DNA of 63,832 bases, filler included, from Globobulimina sp. (GCA_003354225.1; 55 parts of 55 records of this genome joined end to end with filler, not necessarily neighbours in it); one strand, 5' to 3'; positions 34,886-48,828 are shown, counted from the whole stretch's first letter. The notes: generated by a model not told the origin, from the letters alone. Translations and numbers: made by a program.

Positions 34886-35946
34886 AATAAACTATCGATA
34901 AATTGTTGGGGCGATGTCATCTCAAAAGCACAGTCATTATTAAAAACGAGAAAAGCACGAATGTGCAAAGCCAATATTGGTCCTTTGGACGGCAATACGC
35001 ATTATGGACTAATTCGTGGTCAACAAATATCAATGAATCATATTGTAGCTCTATTGTTATATGCAAACTTTACGGAATTACAAAAAGAATTTACAGAAAC
35101 GTTCAGACCGAATGCTGCAGAAACAAACATTTTGAACGAGAGAGAGCGACGCAGTGCGTGGTATAAACGCCATTCTTACTGTCATTTTTGGAGCAAATAC
35201 TTGCGAGAATGCGTTGAGTGTTACGGTGTGGATTTAGATGAAGATATGAAAAGGAATAGGATGAGGAAGGCAGACATTCATTTCTATCATGGCATTAATT
35301 GTGTGCTGTTTTTCAAGAAGACAGTGGCTCGGTTTTGCAGTCCGCTCTCAGTGACACCCGAAATCGCAGTGGCACAGAATTTTAGTTCCGCCACCGGGCT
35401 GATACTACAGATCAAGGGCTATGAGAATTATTTGCGCCTATTTAATGTGTCGTGGCTGTCGGACTACACTGCGGAGAGCGAGCGGCTATTCATTGGTGGC
35501 TATAAGAGGTTGGCCATAGAGAGCATTATTAATGTGTCCACAGCGCATAATTACTTATTTTATATTAAAGCAATCAATAATTTGTTCGATTTGATACAAG
35601 GTTTTGAGAATGAATACCCGTTTGATAATCATATACTGTCTATTTTTAAAAAGTTGATATTTTATCAACAAAGTGCGTTTCAACAAAAATATGAAATACC
35701 AAACGAAATCACTGTTGGAGAGGACGAAGACGATGAAGTGAATGATGTGATCGATGAGGAAGTGTTGGCGAAGTGGTCATTGTCGATACCAGAATATATT
35801 AAAAAATTATTTTCAAACTGGTGCGAGAATACGCACAAATTGGTCACATTGAATATTGATCGGATAAATAATTTTGATAATTTAGGTAGTTATAAGAGAG
35901 TGAAGCATTTGTTTATAAATGAGGACAATGCGTGGTGTAGATTGGA
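34886..35946 (+). CDS. ADP-ribosyltransferase-like protein (internal fragment)
   Basis: HFYHGI, SPLSVTPEIAVAQNFS, GLILQI, VSWLSDYTAESERLFIGG. Confidence 0.65.
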
Positions 35947-36105
35947 NNNNNNNNNNNNNNNNNNNNNNNNNNNNNNNNNNNNNNNNNNNNTTAATTAATT
36001 AANNNNNNNNNNNNNNNNNNNNNNNNNNNNNNNNNNNNNNNNNNNNATAGTGATTATTTGCCATTATCATATTTATTTTCGTATTCCTATGATGTTGATG
36101 ATAAT

Positions 36106-37108
36106 ATCTGCGATAATGTTATGGAATAATCCGTATTACAAACGTCATCAATCAAATAATCACACAAAGTGATGATTATTTCATCTATCATTGATTCAAT
36201 ACATTCTGTTGTATCGCCATAATAATAATCATTTTTCAAAATAAAATCTGAATATATTTGAGCAGATTGAAATAAAAATAATAAAATATCATTGCTTGAT
36301 TCAATATTTCCATCATCTAAATAATTACTCAATATGTCTGAGAATAAAATACATTCATTATAGTTATACGTTGATGTCGTTAATGATATGTTACATTTTT
36401 TGCTGTACTCAACTTTGGTCGAAGTGGAATCAAACACTGCTCCAAAAACACTAAAATCACCAATGGGTAAAAGAGTGTTTTCAATAAATGATTGCGACAA
36501 CAATGAAGGACTAAACATATATTTTACATTATCATCAACATCATAGGAATACGAAAATAAATATGATAATGGCAAATAATCACTATCTGCTTCAATGGAT
36601 AAATCATAAAAAGTTGTAAATGCGTCAGTTAACGAATTATATTTTATATCATTGCATTGTGGGTTAATTGTAAACGAATTATTAATAATTATTGGTCCTC
36701 TGTTCACCGTGATATCAATGGACGAAGATCCATGGCCGATTACAGTTTGATTATTATTACTTTTATTCTGCACCACAAATAATTCAAATTCATAAATATT
36801 GCCGGGAGATAGAGAATTTTCGGACAATATTAAATTTCCATTGTCTTCAACATTCTGATTTATACCATTCAACAGTCCTAAATTGCTTTTTTCACTCCAC
36901 ACATAACTCACTGTGCTGTATTCATCCCCTTCCAATTCATTCCAATTTGATACATCCGCAATTAATCTCAACCTCTCATTCGAATTAATTTCCCGCGATA
37001 CCGCGGATATGGTCACACTTAAAATATTAATGCTATCCAATCTGTCTGTATTTGCTATAATATTTGCAAACATTGTGACAGAATCTTTACATTTAATCCT
37101 CGATGGTA
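36106..37108 (-). CDS. REJ (PKD/polycystin-like) domain protein fragment
   Basis: YVWS...LILSENSLSPGNIYEFELFV...ITVNRGP...INP...LPLSYLFSY...LLPIG. Confidence 0.75.
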
Positions 37109-37208
37109 NNNNNNNNNNNNNNNNNNNNNNNNNNNNNNNNNNNNNNNNNNNNTTAATTAATTAANNNNNNNNNNNNNNNNNNNNNNNNNNNNNNNNNNNN
37201 NNNNNNNN

Positions 37209-38270
37209 GGTGGCGGTGGCGGTGACTGCTACGGGTTCGGGCGTGAATTCTTTCTCTTTTTCTTGGTCAATGCGCTGTTGTTCGGCACGTAGCTGCGAGA
37301 CAGCAGCGGTGAAACCGGTTTTTAATTGGTCCTGCAACTGATCTTTTAATTGTGTGTCTGCCAAAACATCCAAATCGGCCACTTGCACACTGAAGAACTG
37401 CTCGGCTCTCGCCTTTCCAATCCGTGTTCGCCAAATCGAATGTCCTAAATCGGGGAAGATCATTCCCAATGAAAAGTCACTTAATATGGCCATCACCAAT
37501 GGTTTCTGCAATGGCAATGCGCCGTATTCGTACACGAATTCGTCGCCTACACTCATTTTAGTGATGGCGTGTTTGGGCATTAGATGGCAAGCAAGCAAAA
37601 ATTCTTTGTCAATGTCACCGATCCGAGACTCTGTTAAGGTTTTGCTCATTGCCGGTGGTGGAGGCGGCGGCTTACTGATTGTTTTTTTCTTAGCGGTAGC
37701 GGTCACTGCTTTTTTCATGCCTTTTGCCATTGAGCCAATGCCTTTGGCTCCGATGGAACCGATATCTTTGGCCACATTGCCAACGCCTTTGATGAGGCTT
37801 TGCGAGGATTTGGCCGCTTTTCCTTTTCCTTTTCCTTTGCTTTTGACTTTGCTGGATTTAGATTTCGGCGCTGATGCTCGATAATAGTGGCTGCTGCATG
37901 TCCAATCTGAGGGCATTATGTGGACCAAAAATCTGTCCACCCGGAGTCCGATGGTGGTGTAAACCGGAATTTTCTAAGCGAGACGTTTATAATAAAAATA
38001 AAAATTATAAAAAGCATATTAAACATACATACATACATTCCATTGGAACCTGGGAGGTTGACACAGAGACAAGGCATCGAATAATAGTTTGCCTGCAGAT
38101 AAATGCTGCGATTCCTTGGCATTTTGGTCTTCGTCGTCTAGATCTTTACATTTTGATTCATGCTTTACATTAACATTAATATTTGAGGTTTGGGTTTGCG
38201 ATCGCGAGGATTGCGCCGTAATGGAATATGAATTGCATGAATGCGACTGAGAGGGCTCGAAATCTTTGCT
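37209..38270 (-). CDS. Hypothetical protein (internal), intron near 37975-38036
   Basis: Two open frames joined by a GTATGT...TTAG intron; Lys- and Pro-rich insert. Confidence 0.5.
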
Positions 38271-38460
38271 NNNNNNNNNNNNNNNNNNNNNNNNNNNNNN
38301 NNNNNNNNNNNNNNTTAATTAATTAANNNNNNNNNNNNNNNNNNNNNNNNNNNNNNNNNNNNNNNNNNNNGGTCAATGTGAAGTCGACGTTATCAGCTGA
38401 TGAACTTGCACCAGGTTCAATCAATTGTATACCAGTATACTGCATGATTTTGATTAAAGT

Positions 38461-39204
38461 GTTGAAGAAAAACCTGTGGATTTTGAAAATTTAATCATGC
38501 CCACTTACATTTTAAAGGAAATCAAATTGAATATAAGCAATGGATGCTCAATATATATTTGCTCGACTCCAAAATCAATGTTACGCGAACTAATAAATGG
38601 TATGTTTTGTTGTTGCTTGGTGTATTGAATAGATATGTTTGTTTTTTAAGTATTTCCAAATATCAGATATTTCAACGATGTAAAAACAAGAAAAAAGAAT
38701 ATTAAACATAATGTTTTGGCAATTGTTGTGGTTCAAACTACAATGCAAGATATGATTGAACATTCAGTAAAAATCCAGCAAGAAAGAGATTTATGTTTGC
38801 ATATATTTTACAAAATATGTTACTTATTACGTGGATATTTGCAAAGCAAAAACAAAATGAATAAACATGGCCTGTGCAGTAATAATTTATTTATGGAAGG
38901 TGTGGATCCAATGAGTGGACAATCAATATTTAGTAAACCAGGACCAAGTATATACGACGAAGTTGATGGTGGCTCGAGATTGTTAAAATGGAAAACACAG
39001 CAAATAAAATATTGTGGAGTTTTATGTCATCCACATTATGGATCTCATATTTATCCAGCTTCAATATTTACAAATCATGAAATGGAAAATATTTTGCAAT
39101 TTTTCAATCAAATTGACTGTAAATCACTACTTCAATATGGGACAAAAAAAGTCACTGAAAATAAATATAACAAACGCAGTTTCAATCAAAAATGTTGTTG
39201 TTGA
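38461..39204 (+). CDS. MMADHC: Cobalamin trafficking protein CblD/MMADHC-like, intron about 38600-38650
   Basis: RELINVFP, QTTMQDM...ERD...F, DPMSG, SIYDEVDG, CGVLCHPHYGSHIYPASIFTN. Confidence 0.82.
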
Positions 39205-39612
39205 CATGCAATCGTTCCTTTTTATGGAAATTTTGCAGGAAAAAAATGGCAGCATCTTAGTTGTGCAAGGATCGAGGTCAAAAAAACTGTACTAAAGATC
39301 ACGATGTTAGATCGGTTGAAAAGTCGCTCATTTCCTCATCCTGATTATCTTGATTGGTCATACTACCATCATCAGAAATATGTTCATTTGATAGTATTAT
39401 CTGGCGGAAAAATAGTGGCGAACGTGAATATCNNNNNNNNNNNNNNNNNNNNNNNNNNNNNNNNNNNNNNNNNNNNTTAATTAATTAANNNNNNNNNNNN
39501 NNNNNNNNNNNNNNNNNNNNNNNNNNNNNNNNAGTGTACATTAATACACTCTGACCAATGATCATAAGGTGCATATTATATATTTACACCTAAACTGATA
39601 GACAATAAATTG

Positions 39613-39891
39613 TTAGCAAGGAAGTACATTTCCACCAAAATTGACTAACTGGTTGTATTGTGTTGGATGGATTTGACGAATGCCAGTTGTTTGAATATAG
39701 TGAGCGGCCAAACCATGATAATATTCTTTTTCATCATGGCTAATATTTTGCCAAATGAACACACCAAAATCAGATGACAAATACTCCATAAATGTATAGT
39801 CATCTCCTTCTTCTTTCCATTCGTCAGAAAGGATTTCGCAAAGTTTGGCCCAAAACTTGGCGGCGGCAATGGTGTATCCAGTTATTCTCAT
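39613..39891 (-). CDS. Small hypothetical protein, weak HMG-box-like tail
   Basis: GVFIWQNISHDEKEYYHGLA. Confidence 0.3.
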   Translation of the reverse strand: MRITGYTIAAAKFWAKLCEILSDEWKEEGDDYTFMEYLSSDFGVFIWQNISHDEKEYYHGLAAHYIQTTGIRQIHPTQYNQLVNFGGNVLPC

Positions 39892-40694
39892 CTTGATGAT
39901 TTTTCTGTTAAATAAAGAACGACCTATTATTGCAGATGAAATAATTTCATTCCATATTTATGTATAGTATTGTCAATGATCAATGACACATTGGATATTA
40001 GCAATCATTACTAATCAACCATCTGATCATAACAACATTATACATTCACTCGCTGAGTGACTTCATCATTGTATGAAAGTGAACTTTGATGCTGACACTG
40101 ACAAATGCAATCGAATCATCCATCAAATTTAATGTAAACTTACATGATTATTAATGTAAAAGTACTAAAATTTCCAACATTGTACTTATGTACTGCTAAC
40201 AACAGCCACTTACAATAAAATGACGCTAGCTACCTGACAATTTTATACATCGATTAAGCCAATACAATGGAAGGCAACTATGTTGTAGGAATAAAGAAAA
40301 ACAGCCCAATGAACAATACCCGTTGTGTCCACAGTTTTTAGACACTACCGGCAGATGGATCACCCTTCCGGTCACAGGAGAAGAAATTAAAGTTTGCAAC
40401 GCTTGTGCCTTGCATTGGAAAAATCATCAGGTCAGTTTTTAAAAATAATTTAAATATTATTTTCGTTGATTTTTTATTCACACTTTTTAAGGATTTGCGT
40501 CCCGAGAAGACACATAATAGGCAAAAGCAAACAAGGAATCGAAAAATGAAAGGCAGAGAAAGAAGAAAATCCCAAAACAAAGGAAGGAAGAAGANNNNNN
40601 NNNNNNNNNNNNNNNNNNNNNNNNNNNNNNNNNNNNNNTTAATTAATTAANNNNNNNNNNNNNNNNNNNNNNNNNNNNNNNNNNNNNNNNNNNN

Positions 40695-41756
40695 TAATTG
40701 ATGCAGCGTTATCTACTTCTTTAAGTTTGCGCTGTGGTCGTTCAGGCTGTCAAGGAGCGAATGTGTTTTGTCCCGCGGGAGATAGTTTATGTTTAATTGA
40801 ATGTTTAGGAATGGAATATTCTTGTCATGCAATGCAGATTATACAGTTGACGGAGACTTGGAACTCATATTTGAGTCTAACATGTCCTCCCGCAGTGTTT
40901 ACCGGCGCATGCACCAATATACGGTTTGAATGTGCTGCATTGGCTGGTACAGGTTCGTGAAATATTGGTTACAGCTCTTGTTCAATCTAATTAGCGGTAA
41001 AACGTTTGTTTTGTTTTCAGTTTTCTCTGTTGCTTTGTTTTCAGTTTTCTAAAACACTTAGAAACACAAGAAAACTGTTGCAAAACAAATGGTTTGTTTT
41101 GAATGAGTTGTGATGAATATATTGCATGCTATGTACAGGGGAGCAAACATATTATGATCCACCCAATCAATGTACACAAGAATTATGTTGTCCGTGGTCA
41201 TTGACGGCACCATCATTTTCACCAACAAAACTACCGAGTTCATCTCCGATTATCCAATCTATTCCAACTATGAGTCCTATCATAAACGGTAAAGATTCAG
41301 ATGACACTGGTATTTTAGACGGGGAGGATGATAAACAGTTATTTTATATTATTATTATTGTTGGATTTGTTGTGTTGGTTTTATGTGTTTGTGTTTGGGG
41401 AATTATATGGTTTAAAAAAAAGAAAACAAGGGAGAAATATGGAACAAATGATTCGAATGTAAGACATTCAAAATCATCAAAAAAGAGTAGTAATAATTAT
41501 AAATTTAATGATAATGTAAATGTGAGTACGAGTGATGTTAATATGCATAAATCATTAAATGCGCGGATACCATCGACCCAAAGACATTTAGAAATCGAGA
41601 AATCAATGGAATTGGAATTGCAATCAACAACACAACAAACTATTACAGATTATAATCCATCGCGTATACGTAAAATTGGTGGTGAAACGCATGCAAATGC
41701 ACAACAAAATACACAACAATTACGTTTAGCTGCTCTTGGTAATTATGGTTGGGATG
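40695..41756 (+). CDS. Cys-rich type I membrane protein with PT linker, intron near 40952-41138
   Basis: Cys-rich exon, APSFSPTKLPSSSP linker, TM YIIIIVGFVVLVLCVCVWGIIWF then KKKK. Confidence 0.65.
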
Positions 41757-42135
41757 NNNNNNNNNNNNNNNNNNNNNNNNNNNNNNNNNNNNNNNNNNNN
41801 TTAATTAATTAANNNNNNNNNNNNNNNNNNNNNNNNNNNNNNNNNNNNNNNNNNNNATATGAGATGCATTGCATTTCATTCACTTTAAATAACTTATTAT
41901 AAATCTAAATTTGCACTGTTTCTTATATAAAACTCCGAATGTATGTTACAGCAACAGAAAATTCAAGAATTTGTTCAAGAATTACGCAAAAAACTTCCAA
42001 CAATGGCATCCGTTAAGAAAAGTATATTTGATCAAAGTATATTTGCAAAGGAGAGGGGATTATAAATTAATATTACTTCAACGTCAACAAAAAAGGTCAA
42101 AACACAAAAACAAAAAAACATGTTCTTTACAAGAA

Positions 42136-42918
<783 letters not shown>

Positions 42919-43018
42919 NNNNNNNNNNNNNNNNNNNNNNNNNNNNNNNNNNNNNNNNNNNNTTAATTAATTAANNNNNNNNNNNNNNNNNNNNNNNNNN
43001 NNNNNNNNNNNNNNNNNN

Positions 43019-44080
43019 TATTTATTCGGCAATTGCTTCACAATCAACTTATACGTAGCCTCTTTATCATCAAATGAAGGGACATCAATACCTATATATT
43101 GTGTCTCGTATCCATTTAATGAGATAATCCCATCCTCATCAGCATGGAAGTCATAATCATACTGATTATAATTGACTAAATATGGAGAATTAGGTTGGAA
43201 TATATGTGCAATTCGGTTATATTCCACCTCTATCCATTCTTTTATATATTTCCCGGGTGTTTCCCACGGAGATATATTGTTATATACATTGCGCGATATA
43301 TGCTGCACCATCTTATTCAACTTCATTAATTGCTTAATATTGCAACAATTTACAGGTTTACTAATTTGATGCGGTAATATGTTCAAAATCTCATAACAAA
43401 AATGTATACACAATATATTACTAAAATAGTTATAAATGTTACTGTCACGAAACAAAAGTAATCCAAACGTGGCTAATAATTCACCAATGGGCGTTTTGTC
43501 TGAATTGCGAGGACTATCGTTATCAGCACTGCTTTCATCCGATATCATAAGGTCAAATAAATCAATTTCGATCTGGCTCTCTCGGCGTTGTTTAAATGCG
43601 TTCTCTGTCTTATCATCAGTTAATAGCAATGAATGTGCGTCATGGCCATTATTATTATCAATATCCGCATCGCCCCCATTACCATTACAGCGAGACCCGG
43701 AGGAATAATATTCGTCATCACTATCAATATAAAACTGATCCATCGCAAATTGATCTGTCTCAGTCGGCGTCGTGCTTTGTTGTTCCTCTTTCGCTGTTTT
43801 ATAATTACAGTAATCACTGCTTTTAATGGCGCCAATCTCGCCAATATCAGACATATCAAATAATTTATTTACATTTATATCCTCCCCTTCATCCATCATA
43901 ATTATCTGTTGTGATAATTTTTTGTTTTCTTCGATTTGTTGCTGGTACGTATCATCACCAACATCCATAAATAATTCGTCTGTATAAAATCGTTTACTTT
44001 GTAAACTTTGTACGGTTTCTTCTGCGCCAATTCCACACTCCTCACTTACAGCGATACTGTCCTTATCCATATCATTGCAA
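43019..44080 (-). CDS. Acidic hypothetical protein (internal)
   Basis: ORF spans the contig. Confidence 0.55.
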
Positions 44081-44182
44081 NNNNNNNNNNNNNNNNNNNN
44101 NNNNNNNNNNNNNNNNNNNNNNNNTTAATTAATTAANNNNNNNNNNNNNNNNNNNNNNNNNNNNNNNNNNNNNNNNNNNNAC

Positions 44183-44905
44183 ATTCTCAATAATATGCTG
44201 TCAAGTTCGTCGTTTTTGGATCTCCGCAAATATGACGACACTCCGCCAGATCCCACCATTGCTCCGTCCACTGACCCATTCCGATCCTACATTGTACCCA
44301 ACTTGCCATCCGACAATATTCCACCCAGCATTCCCGCATCCAACATACCACAATTCTCAGCTCGTAAAACTCGGTCGCAGAAATCCCTCGAAAATGTGCG
44401 GATCTCCACCATCAAACTGAGTTACCCAATCCGACCAAACAAAGAAGCACTTCCCTCTCAACCCGATACGAGCTTTGATACCACCTTCGATTTGTGTCAA
44501 TATGCTGTCTCTCCCTCCAAACCGTCCACATCTCAGTCAGCCGCCCCTTTTCGCTTTCCTTCCTTTATTGCCCCTACAGCAGCAACCAACATCTCTCCAA
44601 CCAATAACTCTCCAACACCAACCATTCGGCCCTCTGCCTCCACGCCATTGCCTATGCCCCAATCCATACCGCGCCCCAAAGTCAATGCGTCCCTTCGAAT
44701 CAATCAACTGAGAAAGAGGCGCAGACGCCGAAAAGCCACAAAACCAATAACTACTGCTACTCAACCAACACATTCAAGAGCTACAAGAGCTAACTCAAAG
44801 TTATCCCAACAATCAATCTCCCAAATCATTGACAAACATGAATTGGAAAGCAAGCGATTAAAATTGCTCAACAAGAAGAAGAAAGCCAAGAACAGGAAAA
44901 AATGA
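44183..44905 (+). CDS. Pro/Ser/Thr-rich protein C-terminus with basic tail, possibly the end of a Penelope-like ORF
   Basis: ORF with RKRRRRRK and KKKKAKNRKK; hammerhead downstream on the same strand. Confidence 0.45.
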   Translation: MLNNMLSSSSFLDLRKYDDTPPDPTIAPSTDPFRSYIVPNLPSDNIPPSIPASNIPQFSARKTRSQKSLENVRISTIKLSYPIRPNKEALPSQPDTSFDTTFDLCQYAVSPSKPSTSQSAAPFRFPSFIAPTAATNISPTNNSPTPTIRPSASTPLPMPQSIPRPKVNASLRINQLRKRRRRRKATKPITTATQPTHSRATRANSKLSQQSISQIIDKHELESKRLKLLNKKKKAKNRKK

Positions 44906-45176
44906 TATTGTACCAGCTTCCTGTCCATCCATTTATTACCTATTATCTTATTAATTGTATTTATTCCCTCTAAAAAATATATAGCCGTTTTATCCATTTC
45001 TTCCCTTCCCTCTCGTTCACAATTCATGAGGGGTTAGGTGTATTATTTTGGTTTTATTTTCATTTTGTATTATATATTGTATACTATATATTGTTCAGCC
45101 CATTTGTGTCTTATTTAGTGTGTGTAACTAAGATGTTTTTAGTTTGTTTTTTCAAAACAATTCTTAAATTTACTCC

Positions 45177-45216
45177 TTTCTGATGAAGGCCTCCTTTATG
45201 AGGTCGAAACGTCAAA
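45177..45216 (+). ncRNA. Minimal hammerhead ribozyme (Penelope-type)
   Basis: UUU-CUGAUGA-A-GGCCUC(CUUUAU)GAGGUC-GAAA-CGUC-AAA; canonical core and GUC cleavage triplet. Confidence 0.85.
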
Positions 45217-45430
45217 CATTGTAAATTAGATAGTTAGATCAANNNNNNNNNNNNNNNNNNNNNNNNNNNNNNNNNNNNNNNNNNNNTTAATTAATTAANN
45301 NNNNNNNNNNNNNNNNNNNNNNNNNNNNNNNNNNNNNNNNNNTTATCAATTTGCGGAACATGTCACGTACGGTTTTGTGGCTCTAACTAAGATTAAAACT
45401 TGCTTAAACAATTAAACGACTCCAACAACA

Positions 45431-46404
45431 TCAAGCACTTTTTGTGGACGAGACCATTTTCATTTGTGTCTTCCCTCGCATTGAAACTGCTAATTTATAT
45501 CCTCGGTCTGGCGCCACGTCATATGCTTTTCCATATTTCTCACCATTTATATCAAATGATAATTCATTACTTCTCAAATCTAAACAAACACCGATCACAT
45601 CACCTACACCACAGCAATACTTTCCATACTGTCCACCCCATGTATCATTTGAATATAATTTAGCATAATATCCAGAGAAACCATATGAAGTGTTTGATTT
45701 ACAAAAATAAGTATCTTTTAACTCTCGCCCTATTTCCTCAATACCAATATAAAAATCGCCGCCAACTGCTTCCTGTTTCAATTTCCAATAATATTTAAAA
45801 GACTGATCACAAATTGTCGCACCAAAAGCACTTCGGAAATTATACAGTTTGCAGCTTGTTTTGATAATATCAGCATCAATAACAATGTAGCTACCTTTTA
45901 AATTATCATCCCAACAATCTGCTAAATCAAATGTCCAATCTAAATCTGCTACACTTTCTTCATAACATTTTCTCATTACACATACACATCGGCCTATTTC
46001 TGACGCAGTAATCATATTTCCCATCGAACAAAAAACTTCTTTATTATTTTTCAACGCACCTCTTAATGATATAAACTTTTTTTGTTTACCAAATTTTTTA
46101 GCTGGTATATGTTGCTCTTTTTCTTCAGTACACCATCTCAAATCACTTAAACGTCCAAATGTTAATTATTTGACTATCATATCATAATTTTTTTTATTTT
46201 CTGCGCTTTGTTTCATTGATTTTTTATTTTCTGCAATATACTTTTGCTGCCATTTCTTTGTTTCATTGATTTGCTCTCGATTTGATGTTTCTAAATTGTT
46301 CAAATCATTGACTGTTTTGTCATGTGATTTGTTACAAGTAATGCTCATTGCTGTCAAAGTCTCATATTTTTGTTGCCATTTTTCAACTGAGCCTGTTAAA
46401 TTGT
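45431..46404 (-). CDS. Coiled-coil + SPRY/B30.2 protein, in-frame TAA at 46166-46168
   Basis: YYWKLK...FYIGI...GDVIGVCLDL...LSFDINGEKYGKAY...YKLAVSM. Confidence 0.78.
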
Positions 46405-46504
46405 NNNNNNNNNNNNNNNNNNNNNNNNNNNNNNNNNNNNNNNNNNNNTTAATTAATTAANNNNNNNNNNNNNNNNNNNNNNNNNNNNNNNNNNNNNNNN
46501 NNNN

Positions 46505-46963
46505 TCCAATACCAGCATTATTTATCAATATATCAATGGATGGAACAGCAAAATGTGCTTTTATGGATTCGTATTTGTCACTGTAATATTTTATATTTTG
46601 TTTTGTTAAATCCATTGGTAATACATAAATATCTGTTGCATGTATTGCATTTTGATATTTTTTAATGAGGCCAGATTTAATATTTTGCAATACATTTTCC
46701 CGTCGTGATGATATAATTAATTTGACACCGACTCGCAAAGATACTAAATAATCACACAATGCTTCACCTATTCCGCTGGATGCACCCGTGATCCATATGA
46801 GTCTGTTTCTAAAATAGGATGATTTTAGTGAACGAGGCATTAAATAGCCAGCTGTTTCCCAATCAGAGTCCATATAATGCCATCTATATGATTCATACAG
46901 AAATGTTGCAATTCCTAATGCAGGTAAAGCAGATAGAAATTGCTTGGTGGGAGCCCTGGCCAT
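46505..46963 (-). CDS. Short-chain dehydrogenase/reductase (DHRS7-like), N-terminus
   Basis: IWITGASSGIGEAL, LIISSRR, LPMDL, IDILINNAG. Confidence 0.92.
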
Positions 46964-48027
46964 TGTTTTTCACAGTTAAAAATCTGAAGCTGAATATCAT
47001 TTTATTTCTTTTTTCGTGCAATATTCAGAAACTTATAAATATTTACAAATGTTTGAATATATTTACAGATATTTTGCAAATAACAAATAGTGATTTTGAA
47101 ATAAATCCAATACAATCAACTTTATATGAATACACAACAAAGAAATCCAGACAAATAGCAGTGTGATTTGTGATTCATACCCATTTTCCATAATTTTTGT
47201 TATCATACAGCAATTCAATCTTATCGTAAAAATCTATTTTGTAACGGAAAAAACTGGTTTTTTCTCTTTAAAAACAGATTTTTACGATAAAGCAAAAATG
47301 CGTAATGCGCTCGATGTAAACTAGGATTTAACCTCAGAGAAGACAAGAAAGTTCGGTATGGAAAACAAAAAATTATATAATAATAATAAAAAAACAAATA
47401 TACTGTATTTAATTAAAACGAGAGGAATGTTATAAAAAAACAAATATTATTTATTACATTTTCAGTTTTTATAACAACAAGTTGTACGAAATTTCATATA
47501 CAATTCTAAATATAACTTTTTTGTTTGAAAAAAGTTATTTTTTTTGTCATCCATAAAAGGCAGTGANNNNNNNNNNNNNNNNNNNNNNNNNNNNNNNNNN
47601 NNNNNNNNNNTTAATTAATTAANNNNNNNNNNNNNNNNNNNNNNNNNNNNNNNNNNNNNNNNNNNNTATATGTAGCTACAAATTAATGCACGAATGATAA
47701 AACTATTCGCACTATCAATGAATTATTCGATCAACCAATCAACAAACAAATACGATCGAAATATAGGTTTTCACGCTCAATCAGGAACCGCAAAAATAGA
47801 AATCCGAGAGGTGTACTTGTTTTTGTACACAATAAATCCGATCGAAATAAAGTTTTTGAATGTACTAAAAAAAAAGAAATAATGAAAAATTGAAATAAAT
47901 CATAACCTAGAAAAACACACAAGGGAAAAAAAACTAAAAAAAAGCATCAAACAAATTCATACACAGTGAAAGAAAAATATATATATAAAATATACATAAA
48001 AACTTAAATAAAAAATTAATATCAATA

Positions 48028-48728
48028 TTACATATTTGATCTGGACTCACCAGCTGTTATCAACGACATCTTTTGCATTTCATCATCATCCCCAACATTC
48101 TTTTTATTTGCTGTACTCATTAACTTAACATTTGACGTTAACGAACAACCCGACACATCACTCACCAAATATTCGCTTGGTTTTCTAAACGTAATTTTCA
48201 ATGGTAATCGCTTTGCAAATTTATTAGCAAACATTTTCTGTATATTTTTACCGCCCAAATCTTCCACATTCTCATTTCCAAATTTTATAATTTTGCTCCC
48301 AACAATCACATTATTTTCGTCTGCAATGCTGTTGGAAACCACATCTTTAATAAAAATATTCTTTTTGTCGTATTTATTGGTAAACACCAAACCAAACGGC
48401 TGCCTTTCAAATACCACACAATACTCATCCTCCTCCAATTCATCCTCGATGCCATTGTCATTATTTTTAATTTGAATCAAGGTCATTTCTTGTGTCGCGG
48501 CGTCGGTCTGATCGTTTTGCTCAGATTTATGTTTATTTTTATCATATCGCCATTTCATAATCTTCACCAAAGCCACACAAATAAAGCAAAGGGCCGTGCC
48601 ACAAAGCATCACAACCAGCCAATTATTGGAATTGTTACCAAAATTCGAGATTAATATATTTGAACGACGCTCCTTACTATCTCCACCATCTTCGATCATC
48701 ACTGTCGACGACATGCCATCTGTTTGCA
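48028..48728 (-). CDS. Single-pass membrane protein with cytoplasmic PDZ-like domain, C-terminus
   Basis: TM, then FERQPFGLVF...IFIKDVVSNSIADENNVIVGSKIIKF...LPLKITFR. Confidence 0.75.
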
Positions 48729-48828
48729 NNNNNNNNNNNNNNNNNNNNNNNNNNNNNNNNNNNNNNNNNNNNTTAATTAATTAANNNNNNNNNNNNNNNN
48801 NNNNNNNNNNNNNNNNNNNNNNNNNNNN

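Noticed and set aside
36087-36089. Natural stop codon of the REJ protein
   Set aside because: Lies inside the inverted-duplication artefact
40341-40370. SSU rRNA 3' end (ACCGGCAGATGGATCACC) or CACTA terminus
   Set aside because: Short match only; no upstream rRNA helices and no second TIR visible
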